A DNA stretch of 64,000 bases from positions 55,951 through 119,950 of the forward strand of contig REDJ01000108.1 in the NCBI GenBank assembly GCA_007693555.1, read 5' to 3'. The notes beneath the pieces are model-generated. The model did no database searches, was not told the DNA's origin, and saw only the letters and a program-made list of their open reading frames with translations. The position numbers and the translations under genes are program-made. The stretch is from Bacteroidota bacterium. GTDB lineage: Bacteria; Bacteroidota; Bacteroidia; Bacteroidales; UBA7960. Numbering within the stretch: the first letter of the stretch is position 1; every line of letters starts with the position of its first letter. Positions 1 through 10,191 of the stretch are shown here, piece after piece.

Positions 1-138
1 TTTTTGATTAATCTTTTCAGGTAAAGTATCGATATCGGATTGATATTACTTTTTGGAAAAATTTTACCTTCCTTTTTAAACCTTTCATGATAATATTCAT
101 CAAAGTAACAAATTCTGAATATTAACTTTAAAATTTTA

Positions 139-633
139 ATGATCATGAAAGCAAATAATCTTTTAATTGTTACGCTGGTATTATTTTTCGCATTAAATGT
201 GGATGTTTTTGCCCAAAGAGGACAACGCGGTTATCAGGAAAGAGCAGGCGAATGTTTAAACATTCCTGAACTTAAAGAAGAACAGAAAACAAAAATCCAG
301 GCTATTCGTACACAACGCATTAGTCAAACAACAACACATCGCGCTCAAATGGATGAACTTAGAGCAAAGTTAAGAACTTTGAGGCTTGCGGAAAATCCTG
401 ATATGACACAAATAGAAAGTGTTATTGATCAAATGGCTTCTCTCAGGGCTGAACATATGAAAGCCAATACTGCTCACCACCAGCAAATAAGAGAAATTCT
501 GACTCCAGAACAAAGGGTTGTATTTGACAGTCGTACTGCTAATCGCCCACGTTTTGAAAACAGAAATATAAGGAGAGGAGATGGTGGCCAGGGTCGCTAT
601 CAGGATATGGCACCACGAGGCAGAAGAAGATAA
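139..633 (+). CDS. Spy/CpxP family periplasmic chaperone (heavy-metal-sensor-like)
   Basis: Signal peptide ending VFA|Q; helical body with LxxEQ motifs (LKEEQK, ILTPEQR); Arg/Gly-rich tails. Confidence 0.8.
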   Translation: MIMKANNLLIVTLVLFFALNVDVFAQRGQRGYQERAGECLNIPELKEEQKTKIQAIRTQRISQTTTHRAQMDELRAKLRTLRLAENPDMTQIESVIDQMASLRAEHMKANTAHHQQIREILTPEQRVVFDSRTANRPRFENRNIRRGDGGQGRYQDMAPRGRRR

Positions 634-663
634 AATTAGAATGGCTACTTAGTCCTTTTTGTG

Positions 664-690
664 AAAAAGCCCGCATTGCCGGGCTTTTTT
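664..690 (+). terminator. Rho-independent terminator after the Spy/CpxP gene
   Basis: aaaaagcccg-cattgc-cgggctttttt hairpin with T tract. Confidence 0.8.
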
Positions 691-716
691 ATTTACCTCG
701 GTTGCATTGAATTCCA

Positions 717-724
717 TATCTTTG
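717..724 (+). promoter_or_regulatory. Bacteroidota sigma-A -7 box for the porin gene
   Basis: TATCTTTG matches TAnnTTTG, about 110 nt upstream of the ATG at 837. Confidence 0.6.
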
Positions 725-836
725 CCGCTGAAAATACAGGCTTGCCTTAAGCAGCTTTTTTTTTGTAAAAAACAGATAGGAAATATATAGCGTTGGAGAT
801 TTCTCTCCGCATGAAAAAAAGAGACCACGTTTTGTT

Positions 837-2069
837 ATGATCAAACGAACTATTACACTAATTTTCATAGCTTTTTTAATAAAAACCCTTGTATTTGCAG
901 GAGATAATCCAATTCAAATTAAGCCTTACGGATACATAAGCTACGAAATCATTTATGATACTTACCGATCTGTCGATACACGCGACGGAGAATTGTATCT
1001 CTTTCCCAAAAGACCGGAATTTGATATTCATGGTAATGATATCAACAAAAGAAGTAAATTCAATATGCTCTCCGTACATTCCCGTGTGGGCATGGATATC
1101 AAAGGTCCGGATGCACTGGGAGCAAAAACCTCCGGGAGGATTGAAGCTGATTTTTTTGGTACACGGCAGGAATATGTAAGGATGTTAAGAATGCGACAGG
1201 CTTTTGTGCGATTGAATTGGCAAACAACTGAACTAATTCTGGGCAATACTTTTCACCCGTTTTTTGTGCTGGATTGCTTCCCCAACACTATTTCGTTTGC
1301 AGCTGCAGTACCTTTTCATCCACTAAACCGGTCTCCCCAGCTTCGTTTAACCCAGGATTTCAGTCCCGGTATTTCTGCATCCCTTTCATTTATCGTGCAT
1401 GGATACCACAATAGTGCCGGCCCCAATGATCAGCAACGTGAATCAGGATTACCCGAGTCCGTATTTCAGTTGCGGTTTGGAAACAAATCTGATTTGCTTT
1501 TCGGAATGTCAGCAGGGTATAAATTTTTGTCACCCAGAGATATTACAACCGGAGGAGAGGCAACCGATAAAATAGTTGGGTCCTATCATCTTCAGGCATT
1601 TTCCAGATATGACACTGATTTGCTAAGCATTAAACTTGAAGGAATTTATGGCGAAAACCTGAGCCATTTTGTTATGATTGGCGGGTATGGGGCGAAAGGA
1701 TCTCCTGATGATTTTGACTGGAGCAGCGATTTCGATTATACCAATCTCAGAACCTTATCCATCTGGACTGATATAGAATCTCCCGGAAGCCGGTGGCAAT
1801 GGGGATTGTTTGCAGGATATACGGAAAACTTAGGCGCCGGAGAATTGTATATTCCTATTCCAGGATTGACCAGATATGATGAATTGCATTACCTTTTTCG
1901 CATATCACCACGATTGCTGTATCATTCCAATAATCTCAGTTTTGGTGTTGAGTATTCCTATTACAATGCAGTTTATGCCGAGGAGTATGATGCAAAAGGA
2001 AAGCCCTCCGTTTCCATGGACCCGGCAATTAATAATCACATTATACTTATGGCAAGATACTCTTTCTGA
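837..2069 (+). CDS. DcaP-like outer-membrane porin
   Basis: Signal peptide; SRVGMDIKGP...GRIEADFFG...LRMRQAFVRLNW motif typical of DcaP-type beta-barrels; C-terminal Phe (ARYSF). Confidence 0.7.
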   Translation: MIKRTITLIFIAFLIKTLVFAGDNPIQIKPYGYISYEIIYDTYRSVDTRDGELYLFPKRPEFDIHGNDINKRSKFNMLSVHSRVGMDIKGPDALGAKTSGRIEADFFGTRQEYVRMLRMRQAFVRLNWQTTELILGNTFHPFFVLDCFPNTISFAAAVPFHPLNRSPQLRLTQDFSPGISASLSFIVHGYHNSAGPNDQQRESGLPESVFQLRFGNKSDLLFGMSAGYKFLSPRDITTGGEATDKIVGSYHLQAFSRYDTDLLSIKLEGIYGENLSHFVMIGGYGAKGSPDDFDWSSDFDYTNLRTLSIWTDIESPGSRWQWGLFAGYTENLGAGELYIPIPGLTRYDELHYLFRISPRLLYHSNNLSFGVEYSYYNAVYAEEYDAKGKPSVSMDPAINNHIILMARYSF

Positions 2070-2079
2070 AATCAGAAAA

Positions 2080-3183
2080 TCAAACAGCTGACAGAAGTCT
2101 GGGTATCAATTCTATTAACTCGTTGTATTTCAAATTTTTGGCAACTATAATGCCATCGGGGCCAATGAGAACATTCTGAGGAATACTTCGAATTACATAT
2201 TCACCTGCCGGACCGCTTCTCCAGCCCTGCAGGTCACTTACCTGTGGCCATGTGAGTCCGTCTTCCTCAATTCCCCTTACCCAGGCATCATGATTACGGT
2301 CAAGAGAAACTCCCAGTATTTCAAAGTTCTCAGATGCCAATTCTTCATATGCTTTTACAAGATTGGGATTCTCAACTCTGCAGTAGGGGCACCAGGAGGC
2401 CCAGAAACTGATCAGGACATATTTGCCGGTGAAATCTGAAAGAGATATTTCATTTCCCTGGGGGTCGGGTAAAGTAAAGTCAACCGCCGGTTTACCTATG
2501 GCAACTCTTTCCATATCGACAATGCGCTTGCGAAGATCATCATAATATCGCGAGCCTTCAAGGTCAGCACTAAATAAAGAAACTAACTCATTAAGTTCCT
2601 CATGATCCAAACCGTGTGCAAGCTGGCGCATAGCTATAAACACTGCAGCCGGTTGATCCGGATATTGTTCGATATAGTTTATAATTGCAAGTCTTTTTAG
2701 ATTTTCAGTTTCGGCTGTCTGTTCCCTGAGCCTGTCAGCAAGCACCTCATTTTCTTCCATTATAGCCGTTTGAATTTCCTGTTGTTCAGCTCTAAGTCGT
2801 TCATCATAAGATAAAACCACATCATCCAGCCCTGCATAGATATCATGTGACCGGGAACCGGAAACAATATATTCTGAAGGATTTTGTGAATCAATATAAA
2901 CTTCTATATCAGAAGCTTCCAGGAAAATTGCAAGGCGACTCGCTACTCCGTCGATGTTGAGATAAAACATTTCAGGATGTTCGATTGTACCCGTAAATAA
3001 AAATACTCCGTTAACTATTTCAGCAGAATCAACATTTACCATTAACCCGTCTACTCTGTCTTGAAGAAATACGATTCCTTCATTCAGGCCTTCAACAGTG
3101 CCGGTGATAGTAAATGTGCCTCTTGTTGCAGGCTGGCAGGCGAAAATAGCTGCCGCCATTAATACAATCATTATTTTTTTCAT
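2080..3183 (-). CDS. TlpA-family thiol-disulfide oxidoreductase lipoprotein (DUF4369 + AhpC/TSA domain)
   Basis: Lipobox IFAC; FWASWCPYCR CxxC motif; GVSLD, WPQVSDLQGW and IRSIP motifs. Confidence 0.9.
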   Translation of the reverse strand: MKKIMIVLMAAAIFACQPATRGTFTITGTVEGLNEGIVFLQDRVDGLMVNVDSAEIVNGVFLFTGTIEHPEMFYLNIDGVASRLAIFLEASDIEVYIDSQNPSEYIVSGSRSHDIYAGLDDVVLSYDERLRAEQQEIQTAIMEENEVLADRLREQTAETENLKRLAIINYIEQYPDQPAAVFIAMRQLAHGLDHEELNELVSLFSADLEGSRYYDDLRKRIVDMERVAIGKPAVDFTLPDPQGNEISLSDFTGKYVLISFWASWCPYCRVENPNLVKAYEELASENFEILGVSLDRNHDAWVRGIEEDGLTWPQVSDLQGWRSGPAGEYVIRSIPQNVLIGPDGIIVAKNLKYNELIELIPRLLSAV

Positions 3184-3188
3184 AGTGC

Positions 3189-4700
3189 TTAAGGTTTATT
3201 ATCGTGAATAATCTGGTTAAAAATTTCATCATTGTTTTCAGCCTTTTTCGTATAAAGGCTCACTAACCAGGTTACAATAAGAGCAAAAATAAAGGCAGGT
3301 ACCAGTTCATACATTTCGTCTTTAAGCCCCTCAACCCTGTTCCAGACAATTACAGTAAGTGCACCTGTAATAATACCTGCTATCACACCTGATCGTGTTA
3401 CATTTTTCCAGTATAAAGCCAGAATGGATGTGGGGCCAAATGCAGCTCCCAATCCTGCCCATGCAAATAAAACAAGCCAGAATACAAGTTGTTCTGCCAC
3501 CAAACCAATCAAAAGGGCAGAAAGCACCAAAAGCAAAACAAACCAGCGACTTATAAATACAAGCTTTTGCTGGCTTATCTCCTTTTTCTTGTAAATGGTT
3601 TTTTCATAAATATCTCTTACCAATGCCGATGCAGCTACCAGCAGCTGTGAGTCTGCAGTTGACATTATTGCTGCAAAAATAGAGGCTATAACAACACCAA
3701 ACATAATAGGATGCAGATGCTCGGATGCAAGAGTAGGATAGAGGTTTTCAGGATCTCCTCCGGGTAGTAAATTTACCTCCGGAAAATAAATCCTTCCAAC
3801 CATACCGGTAACCAAAGCTCCCAAACCCATAAGAATATTTGCACCGGTGCCCACCATAGCCGTCATTTTCAAACGTTTTGGATTTTTAATTGACATATAC
3901 CGGGCTATGATGTGTGGATTACCCACAGAGCCCAGACCAATTCCGAGGAAACCCACCAAAGCACCTGCCGACAGGGCAAATGCCCCGGTATAACTACCTG
4001 CCTGATTAGGTATCTGGGAAGCAAGTTCATAGAAAGTACCGAATCCTCCCAGATGCATAATTGCAATTGTGGGTAATACCAAAAGTGCAATGATCATGAT
4101 AAAACCCTGAACGGTATCAGTAACACTAACAGCAAGGAAACCTCCAACAACAGTATAAAACAATACTATAAATGCTGTAAGAAGAATACCCTGCGTTTCA
4201 CTCATTTGAAAACTTGCACTGAATGTTTTACCACCGGCAACAAATTGCGCTGAAACATAGGCAAGCATAAAAATGATAATAATGACAGCGACAACGGTTC
4301 TGATGGTTCCGGTTTTATCAGCAAACCGTTCTTCAAAAAAATCGGGAATGGTTATACAATCCCTGTTCTCACTGAATCTCCTGATACGGGGTGCATAGTA
4401 AAAGAAAAGAAAAAACTCAGCTATGATATATCCTGCAGCAGCCCACAAAGCAGATAATCCCATTGTAAATGCCATACCGGTAAAACCAAGCAGAAGCCAT
4501 GCACTTCTACCGCTTACCACAGCAGACAAAGCAACCACAATCATACTCATTTTACGACCCCCGATAAAAAAATTACTGATCCCCTTTGATGAAAACCTGG
4601 CTGCAAGAACACCAATCAATACAATGAGAATCAGATATCCTATGAAGGCACTTAATGCGTAATTATCAACATGTAAAACAAAGGATTGTATTTCTTCCAT
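3189..4700 (-). CDS. putP: Sodium/proline symporter (SSS family)
   Basis: About 13 TM segments; FFIGGR, SAWLLLGFTG, GNPHIIARYM, AAIMSTADSQLL and WAGLGAAFGP motifs. Confidence 0.85.
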   Translation of the reverse strand: MEEIQSFVLHVDNYALSAFIGYLILIVLIGVLAARFSSKGISNFFIGGRKMSMIVVALSAVVSGRSAWLLLGFTGMAFTMGLSALWAAAGYIIAEFFLFFYYAPRIRRFSENRDCITIPDFFEERFADKTGTIRTVVAVIIIIFMLAYVSAQFVAGGKTFSASFQMSETQGILLTAFIVLFYTVVGGFLAVSVTDTVQGFIMIIALLVLPTIAIMHLGGFGTFYELASQIPNQAGSYTGAFALSAGALVGFLGIGLGSVGNPHIIARYMSIKNPKRLKMTAMVGTGANILMGLGALVTGMVGRIYFPEVNLLPGGDPENLYPTLASEHLHPIMFGVVIASIFAAIMSTADSQLLVAASALVRDIYEKTIYKKKEISQQKLVFISRWFVLLLVLSALLIGLVAEQLVFWLVLFAWAGLGAAFGPTSILALYWKNVTRSGVIAGIITGALTVIVWNRVEGLKDEMYELVPAFIFALIVTWLVSLYTKKAENNDEIFNQIIHDNKP

Positions 4701-4761
4701 GCACGTGTGTTTTGGTCAAACAGAAATCTAATGTACATAATATTTTCACACTCCTGAAATA

Positions 4762-5514
4762 CTATATCACTTCAAGTGTTTCTTTTTTTATCCACCCAAC
4801 ATTGCCATCCGGCAGTCTGATTTCAACCCATTCACCGAGTGTATTTCGTATTTGTACCTTGGTGCCCTCATGCATAAGGAAAAGGTCAGGGCTTTGTACT
4901 GTTGGAGAACTTTTTGCAGCAACACGAGGACTTAGAATGATAGCCTGATCATCAGCAGTTAATCGATTATATTGCTTTTGGGCAAAAATGAGCGAAAGTG
5001 CAGTGAAAATAAGGAACAATAGTGCGGTATAGAAAGATATCTTTTTGATCCCGCGTGTACGGGAAAACAGGAAAAATGATGTAAGCAACAGGAATAAAGT
5101 TAAAAACACGATGCCGGTAATCCCCCAGCCTGTAGCTGATTGCATCATATATGCATTTCTCCACCATTTTTCGTAAAACAACAGGGGTCTTTTTTCTATA
5201 CGATCAACAATTCTGTTTCTGGCTACATGTAGATTATATTGAATATCTTCATCATTAGGACGGAGACGCAAAGCCCTTTCATAATTCAAAATGGCTTTTC
5301 CCAGACGGTTAATTTTGAAATAAGCATTTCCAAGATTATAATACAAATCAGCCGATTCCCAACCTTGTTCTATTACTTGTTGATATAATTCTGCTGCAAA
5401 GGAGTATTCGCTGCGGGAGTATGCCTCATTGGCCTGCTCAATCAGTGTGTGAGGCTGAGTAGTATGAGCATCGAAAAATGCAAATAAAAAAATGAGTAAA
5501 ATCAGATGCTTCAT
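4762..5514 (-). CDS. batE: BatE, TPR + SH3 domain protein
   Basis: YYNLGNAYFK TPR; two TM segments; C-terminal SH3b (HEGTKVQI...GNVGWI); last gene of the bat operon. Confidence 0.88.
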   Translation of the reverse strand: MKHLILLIFLFAFFDAHTTQPHTLIEQANEAYSRSEYSFAAELYQQVIEQGWESADLYYNLGNAYFKINRLGKAILNYERALRLRPNDEDIQYNLHVARNRIVDRIEKRPLLFYEKWWRNAYMMQSATGWGITGIVFLTLFLLLTSFFLFSRTRGIKKISFYTALLFLIFTALSLIFAQKQYNRLTADDQAIILSPRVAAKSSPTVQSPDLFLMHEGTKVQIRNTLGEWVEIRLPDGNVGWIKKETLEVI

Positions 5515-7349
5515 TTCCCGTTCTTTTTACTTCTTAAGTCTTTTTCGATAGTGATAATTGTTTGTAATGCTTTCTGATAAATCTCTGTCATTTTATCCTC
5601 CTTTTCTCCGGGTGCAAAACGTGCAAATTCAGTTTCATTCAATGTATCCAGAAAACTCTTGGAGAGCTCCTGTGGAACCTTCTGCGATTTAAATGCTCCT
5701 GATACCGTATCTTTGTTCAGGATGGAAACAGGTATGCTGAGTTTGTCTGAAAGATATCCCCACAGTGCTTTAAATATCTCATCATAGAAATCATTCTCAG
5801 ATTTCTTATCCATGAAAGTTCTGGCTTTTTTCAATCTTTTCCGTGCAATTTTTTCTGCTCTTTTATTTCTGAGCAATTGCTGGTTGCTTTGAAGTTTGAT
5901 GTGATTTCTCCAGTATACCAGGAAAAAGGAAAACAACATAAATGGCAGCGCAGTCAGAATGTAAAACAATCTGCTTCCATAAAAAACAGTTCCTTTTGGA
6001 ATCAGATTTATGGGATGGGTGCGTATAAACCTGATATCGGTGGTAAGCTGTCGGATATCTTCTTGTCTGGCAGTTCCAGCAGCTGTGCCCGGTTGAGAAG
6101 GATCCCCACTCACCTGTAAAGTAAATTCAGGAGTGTTTCGGGTGATATATTGCTGCCGTGAGGGATCGAAATAAACAAACTGGAATGGGGGAATCACAAA
6201 TTCGCCTCCGGTTCGTGGTATCATAAGATATTCAAAAGTTCTCGAACCACTTACTCCAGAAGTAGTATTACGGATGTTATCGGCCACATTGGGGTCAAAT
6301 ACTTCCAGGTTAGCCGGAAAATTAAAATCCGGTTTTTCCAGCATGCGCATGTTTCCTTTTCCTGAAATGGTAACCCTCAGATTGGTTGCATCATTAGGAT
6401 TAAGCTCTTTATTGGTAATGTGTGCAGAAATTTCAAAATCTGTTCCAACCATACCGGTGAAAGCAGCCGGCCTGTTTTGAACAGGCAGGGGCTTAACATT
6501 CAACCTGAGTGTGTTTGATTTAATTATTTGCCTTACTGACCTTTGATCGAACGGCGAACCGCCAAAAAACTCGTCAAAAAGACTTTGTCTCCTTCTCTGA
6601 CCTGGTAAGTTCACAACTGCTTCCACTTCAAGGGGTTCTATGGTCAATTCTCCGCTTCGTTGTGGAAAAAGCGCAACCCTTCGGATTTCTGCCACCCGAT
6701 AGGTTTCTCCGTCAACAACCTGTGTGCGCGTTTGTGGCTGACCCGGTGCGGTAAGATTTTCAGACCAGAATCCCCTGTAGGATGGTAATTTGTCAACAGA
6801 ATACTGACTTACACTCACCCGGGTAAAAATTTCATAAGTAACAATTACCTGTTCTCCCTGGAAAGGGTTGGTGTTACTGGCCGAAGCACGAATAAAGAGG
6901 TCTCTTGCCGATGCCTCTGTTTGCAGGGCTTCCTGTTGCCGGTCAGGTGCAGGGGGAGGAGTTGCAGTGGCTGCTGTTACGGTAATTGTTACGGAATTGG
7001 ATTGATAGTTTTGGCCATCAATATTAACACGGGCCGGGGGAATGGTAAATTGTCCTTCCGCTGTGGCTTCCAGTTCATAGGTATAAGAGAAGGACTCAAC
7101 ACGGGTAGTTTGATTGTTTATAATCTGTACTGATGTGCTCGATGACTGGCTGGGGCCTGAAAGCGTCCGAAATCCGGCAAATGAAGGAGCAGAAAAATCT
7201 GATGGCCTGGAATTTACCTGGTAGGTAATACGAAATCGTTCACCTACCGCCACACTGGCCGGAGCAGATGCAGTAAATTCAATATCACCGGCATGGGAAA
7301 ACCCTGCGGTTATGAAAATAAGTATGAATATCCCAAATATTCTCTGCAT
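5511..7349 (-). CDS. batD: BatD oxygen-tolerance protein
   Basis: Signal peptide; GPSQSSSTSVQIIN, ALFPQRSGELTI and FEYLMIPR motifs; one C-terminal TM; 4-nt overlap with batE. Confidence 0.9.
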   Translation of the reverse strand: MQRIFGIFILIFITAGFSHAGDIEFTASAPASVAVGERFRITYQVNSRPSDFSAPSFAGFRTLSGPSQSSSTSVQIINNQTTRVESFSYTYELEATAEGQFTIPPARVNIDGQNYQSNSVTITVTAATATPPPAPDRQQEALQTEASARDLFIRASASNTNPFQGEQVIVTYEIFTRVSVSQYSVDKLPSYRGFWSENLTAPGQPQTRTQVVDGETYRVAEIRRVALFPQRSGELTIEPLEVEAVVNLPGQRRRQSLFDEFFGGSPFDQRSVRQIIKSNTLRLNVKPLPVQNRPAAFTGMVGTDFEISAHITNKELNPNDATNLRVTISGKGNMRMLEKPDFNFPANLEVFDPNVADNIRNTTSGVSGSRTFEYLMIPRTGGEFVIPPFQFVYFDPSRQQYITRNTPEFTLQVSGDPSQPGTAAGTARQEDIRQLTTDIRFIRTHPINLIPKGTVFYGSRLFYILTALPFMLFSFFLVYWRNHIKLQSNQQLLRNKRAEKIARKRLKKARTFMDKKSENDFYDEIFKALWGYLSDKLSIPVSILNKDTVSGAFKSQKVPQELSKSFLDTLNETEFARFAPGEKEDKMTEIYQKALQTIITIEKDLRSKKNGK

Positions 7350-7363
7350 AGCATTTTAAAAAA

Positions 7364-8041
7364 TTACCATTCTCTTAAAGGCCTCTGTGGGCGACTTTGT
7401 GTGTCTTCTCTGTCAATTTTTTCCTGAATTTCCTGTTCCTGCTGATTCAAGGCATCCAGTATCCTTTGGGCATCCTCCGGAGAAATCTGGTCTGGTCGTG
7501 GCTGAGGCTGTTGTTGCTGTTCATCATCCGGCTGGTCTTGATCATCCTGGTCAGGTTGTTGCTGTTGATCGTCCTGCTGGTCCTGATTCTGTTCTCCATC
7601 CTGATCTTGTTCCTGCTCCTGTAGCAACTGCATGGCCAAGGCAAGATTATGACGGGTTTCATTATCCTCAGGGCGAATACGCAACGAATTCTTATAAGCT
7701 TCTATGCTTTCTTTGATTTGCTGATTTCCCAATCGTGAATTACCAAGATTATGGTAAACATCAGCCCGCCTGTTATCAGGCAATTCAAGTTTTGATATTC
7801 CATCTAAAATATTCGCAGCTTCTTCATACCGGTTTTGCTTATATAATGCATTTGCCAGATTATATAGCGCTTTGATACTTTGGGGGTTTTGCTCCAGAGC
7901 TTGCCGGTAATTAAGCTCAGCATCCCGGAAATTCTCCGATTTGAATTCACGGTTACCACGTCTTACTTCAGGATTTACATTTTGACTAAAACCCTGTAAA
8001 CCTAAAATAATGAGTATGAAAAACAAAGATAATCGTTTCAT
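7364..8041 (-). CDS. batC: BatC, TPR protein with Q/D-rich linker
   Basis: YNLANALY and HNLGNS TPRs; Q/D-rich linker; C-terminal AQRILDAL...REW. Confidence 0.88.
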   Translation of the reverse strand: MKRLSLFFILIILGLQGFSQNVNPEVRRGNREFKSENFRDAELNYRQALEQNPQSIKALYNLANALYKQNRYEEAANILDGISKLELPDNRRADVYHNLGNSRLGNQQIKESIEAYKNSLRIRPEDNETRHNLALAMQLLQEQEQDQDGEQNQDQQDDQQQQPDQDDQDQPDDEQQQQPQPRPDQISPEDAQRILDALNQQEQEIQEKIDREDTQSRPQRPLREW

Positions 8042-8114
8042 ATTTCTTTCATTGGGTTTTTAAAATCCTGGTTTTTTCTATTGAATTATTGTTTCTAAAA
8101 ATTAACTTAACATT

Positions 8115-9155
8115 TCACGAAATATCAAACAGTTTTATTTTGTTGAGCCATTTATTTTTTCTTTCAAAAATAATGAGTTCAAGTGTAAAAAAGATAAGTG
8201 CCAATGCAATAAAATAGTGAAACCTGCTGTCATATTCCGAAAACCTTGTAGTTTCAAATTCCTGTTGTTCCATCTTTCTTATCTCTTCCAGAATCTGATT
8301 AAGTCCAAGATCCGGACCTGTACCGGTTTGAAAGATTCCTCCTCCGGCACTGGCAATGCTTCTGAGCATATCTTCATCAAATCTGCTGACAACAGTATTT
8401 CCTTCACTGTCGCGCAAAAATCCAGACAATTGATTCCCACGATAAACAGGAATAGGAGCTCCCTGTGGTGTGCCAATACCAACAGTATGTATAATTATAC
8501 CCATATCTGCAGCTCTTTTGGCAACAGGTATTGGATCGTCCTGGTGATTTTCACCATCGGATATAAGAATGATAACCCGGCTACCGGCATCCTGATCAGT
8601 GAATGAAGCAATGCTTCGCTCCAATGCTCTCCCGATTGCAGTTCCCTGTACCTGGACACTATTGGTATTTACAGTCCGAAGAATCATTTTTGCAGCCTCA
8701 TGGTCGGATGTCATAGGTACCTGCGTAACAGCAGAACCTGCAAATGCCACCAGGCTTACACGATCGTTGTCCAGTCTGTCAATCAGCCTTGAAACGGCAA
8801 GCCTGGACCGCTCAAGACGGTTAGGCCGAATATCTTCTGCCAGCATACTCCTGCTCACATCCAAAGCAATCACAATGTCAATTCCTCTGCTTTTTGCTTC
8901 TTCAGTTTTATAGCCGATTTGTGGATTTACTGCGGCCATGATAAGCGAAGCAAAAGCGAGTAAAAAAAGGCTGAATTTTAACCAGGGTCTGCGGTCTGAA
9001 CGCATAGGCATCATGCGACTTACAACCTGCCAGTTACCCAGTTTTTTTAGCTTGCTTTTGCCAAAGTAAAGGGCAAAAATAAAAATCAAAAGCAATATAG
9101 GTATTACTGCAAAAAGAACAAAAAATTGCTGATTTTCAAATATTAAAATATCCAT
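8115..9155 (-). CDS. batB: BatB, VWA-domain membrane protein
   Basis: MIDAS DVSRSM; PNRLER and ISDGENH motifs; N- and C-terminal TM segments. Confidence 0.9.
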   Translation of the reverse strand: MDILIFENQQFFVLFAVIPILLLIFIFALYFGKSKLKKLGNWQVVSRMMPMRSDRRPWLKFSLFLLAFASLIMAAVNPQIGYKTEEAKSRGIDIVIALDVSRSMLAEDIRPNRLERSRLAVSRLIDRLDNDRVSLVAFAGSAVTQVPMTSDHEAAKMILRTVNTNSVQVQGTAIGRALERSIASFTDQDAGSRVIILISDGENHQDDPIPVAKRAADMGIIIHTVGIGTPQGAPIPVYRGNQLSGFLRDSEGNTVVSRFDEDMLRSIASAGGGIFQTGTGPDLGLNQILEEIRKMEQQEFETTRFSEYDSRFHYFIALALIFFTLELIIFERKNKWLNKIKLFDIS

Positions 9156-9181
9156 ACCTTAATAATTACTTTAAGATAAGC

Positions 9182-10177
9182 CTAGGTTGTGACCCTAAGC
9201 CATGTATTTCTCAAAATAAATTCAATCATAATCAGAAACATGGCCAGAAATATAAGTGGCAAATACTCGTCACTTTTCCTGGCAAACTCAATCACATCAA
9301 TTTTAGACCTTTCAAGTTGATCAATTTCTTTATAAATTTCATTCAGAGTATTAATATTATCAGCCCAGAAATAAAGACCACCGGTCATATCAGCCATTTT
9401 CTGTAATAATGCTTCATCTACGGGTATTTCCACATCACGGTATTGCACACCAAATGGTGTTTGAAAAGGATAGGGTACCGGACCTGAGCTTCCCACTCCA
9501 ACGGTATACACCCGGATATTGTATAATTGTGCAATTTCAGCTGCAGTAAGTGGATCTATAACACCTGTATTGTTAATTCCGTCAGTTAACAATATGATAA
9601 CTTTGCTGATAGCATCACTTTCTCTGAGTCTGTTAATAGCTGTGCCAAGACCATCACCAATAGCGGTTCCATCTTCTACCATACCAGTGTGAACAGTTCT
9701 GAGCATATCTTTAAGCAGTAAATGGTCTGTAGTGAGGGGAACCAGCGTAAAACTCTGACCACTGAATATCGTAATTCCTATCCGGTCGCCAGGTCGCATA
9801 TCAATAAAATCAAGGGCTGTTTGCTTTGCTGCCTCCATTCGATTGGGTTTAAAGTCTTCGGCAAGCATGGAACCTGAAATATCCAGTGCAATAACTATAT
9901 CTATACCTTCGATGGTTATATCCTGTGTGCGTGAAGTGGACTGGGGGCGGGCCAATGCAATTATCAGTAAAGCCAATACAAACATTCTCAATACAAACGG
10001 AAGATGCACCAGATGTATTCTAAGGCTTTTATTCACATTTTTCAAAAAACCCGAATGGGAATATTGCATATCGGAATACAATCTTTTCCGTTGCCATATA
10101 TAATAGGCCACGAGAAGCGGTATAACCAGGAGGAAATACAAAAAGGGTTGATATGCAAATGTAATTTCAGGTATCAT
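9182..10177 (-). CDS. batA: BatA, VWA-domain membrane protein
   Basis: LARPQ, DISGSMLAEDFKPNR, GTAIGDG and LLTDG motifs. Confidence 0.92.
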   Translation of the reverse strand: MIPEITFAYQPFLYFLLVIPLLVAYYIWQRKRLYSDMQYSHSGFLKNVNKSLRIHLVHLPFVLRMFVLALLIIALARPQSTSRTQDITIEGIDIVIALDISGSMLAEDFKPNRMEAAKQTALDFIDMRPGDRIGITIFSGQSFTLVPLTTDHLLLKDMLRTVHTGMVEDGTAIGDGLGTAINRLRESDAISKVIILLTDGINNTGVIDPLTAAEIAQLYNIRVYTVGVGSSGPVPYPFQTPFGVQYRDVEIPVDEALLQKMADMTGGLYFWADNINTLNEIYKEIDQLERSKIDVIEFARKSDEYLPLIFLAMFLIMIEFILRNTWLRVTT

Positions 10178-10191
10178 TATTAAGAATTCAT

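Noticed and set aside
7480-7625. Low-complexity CAG/GAT-rich stretch with several overlapping ORFs
   Set aside because: It encodes the normal Q/D-rich BatC linker; not a tandem array or overlapping gene
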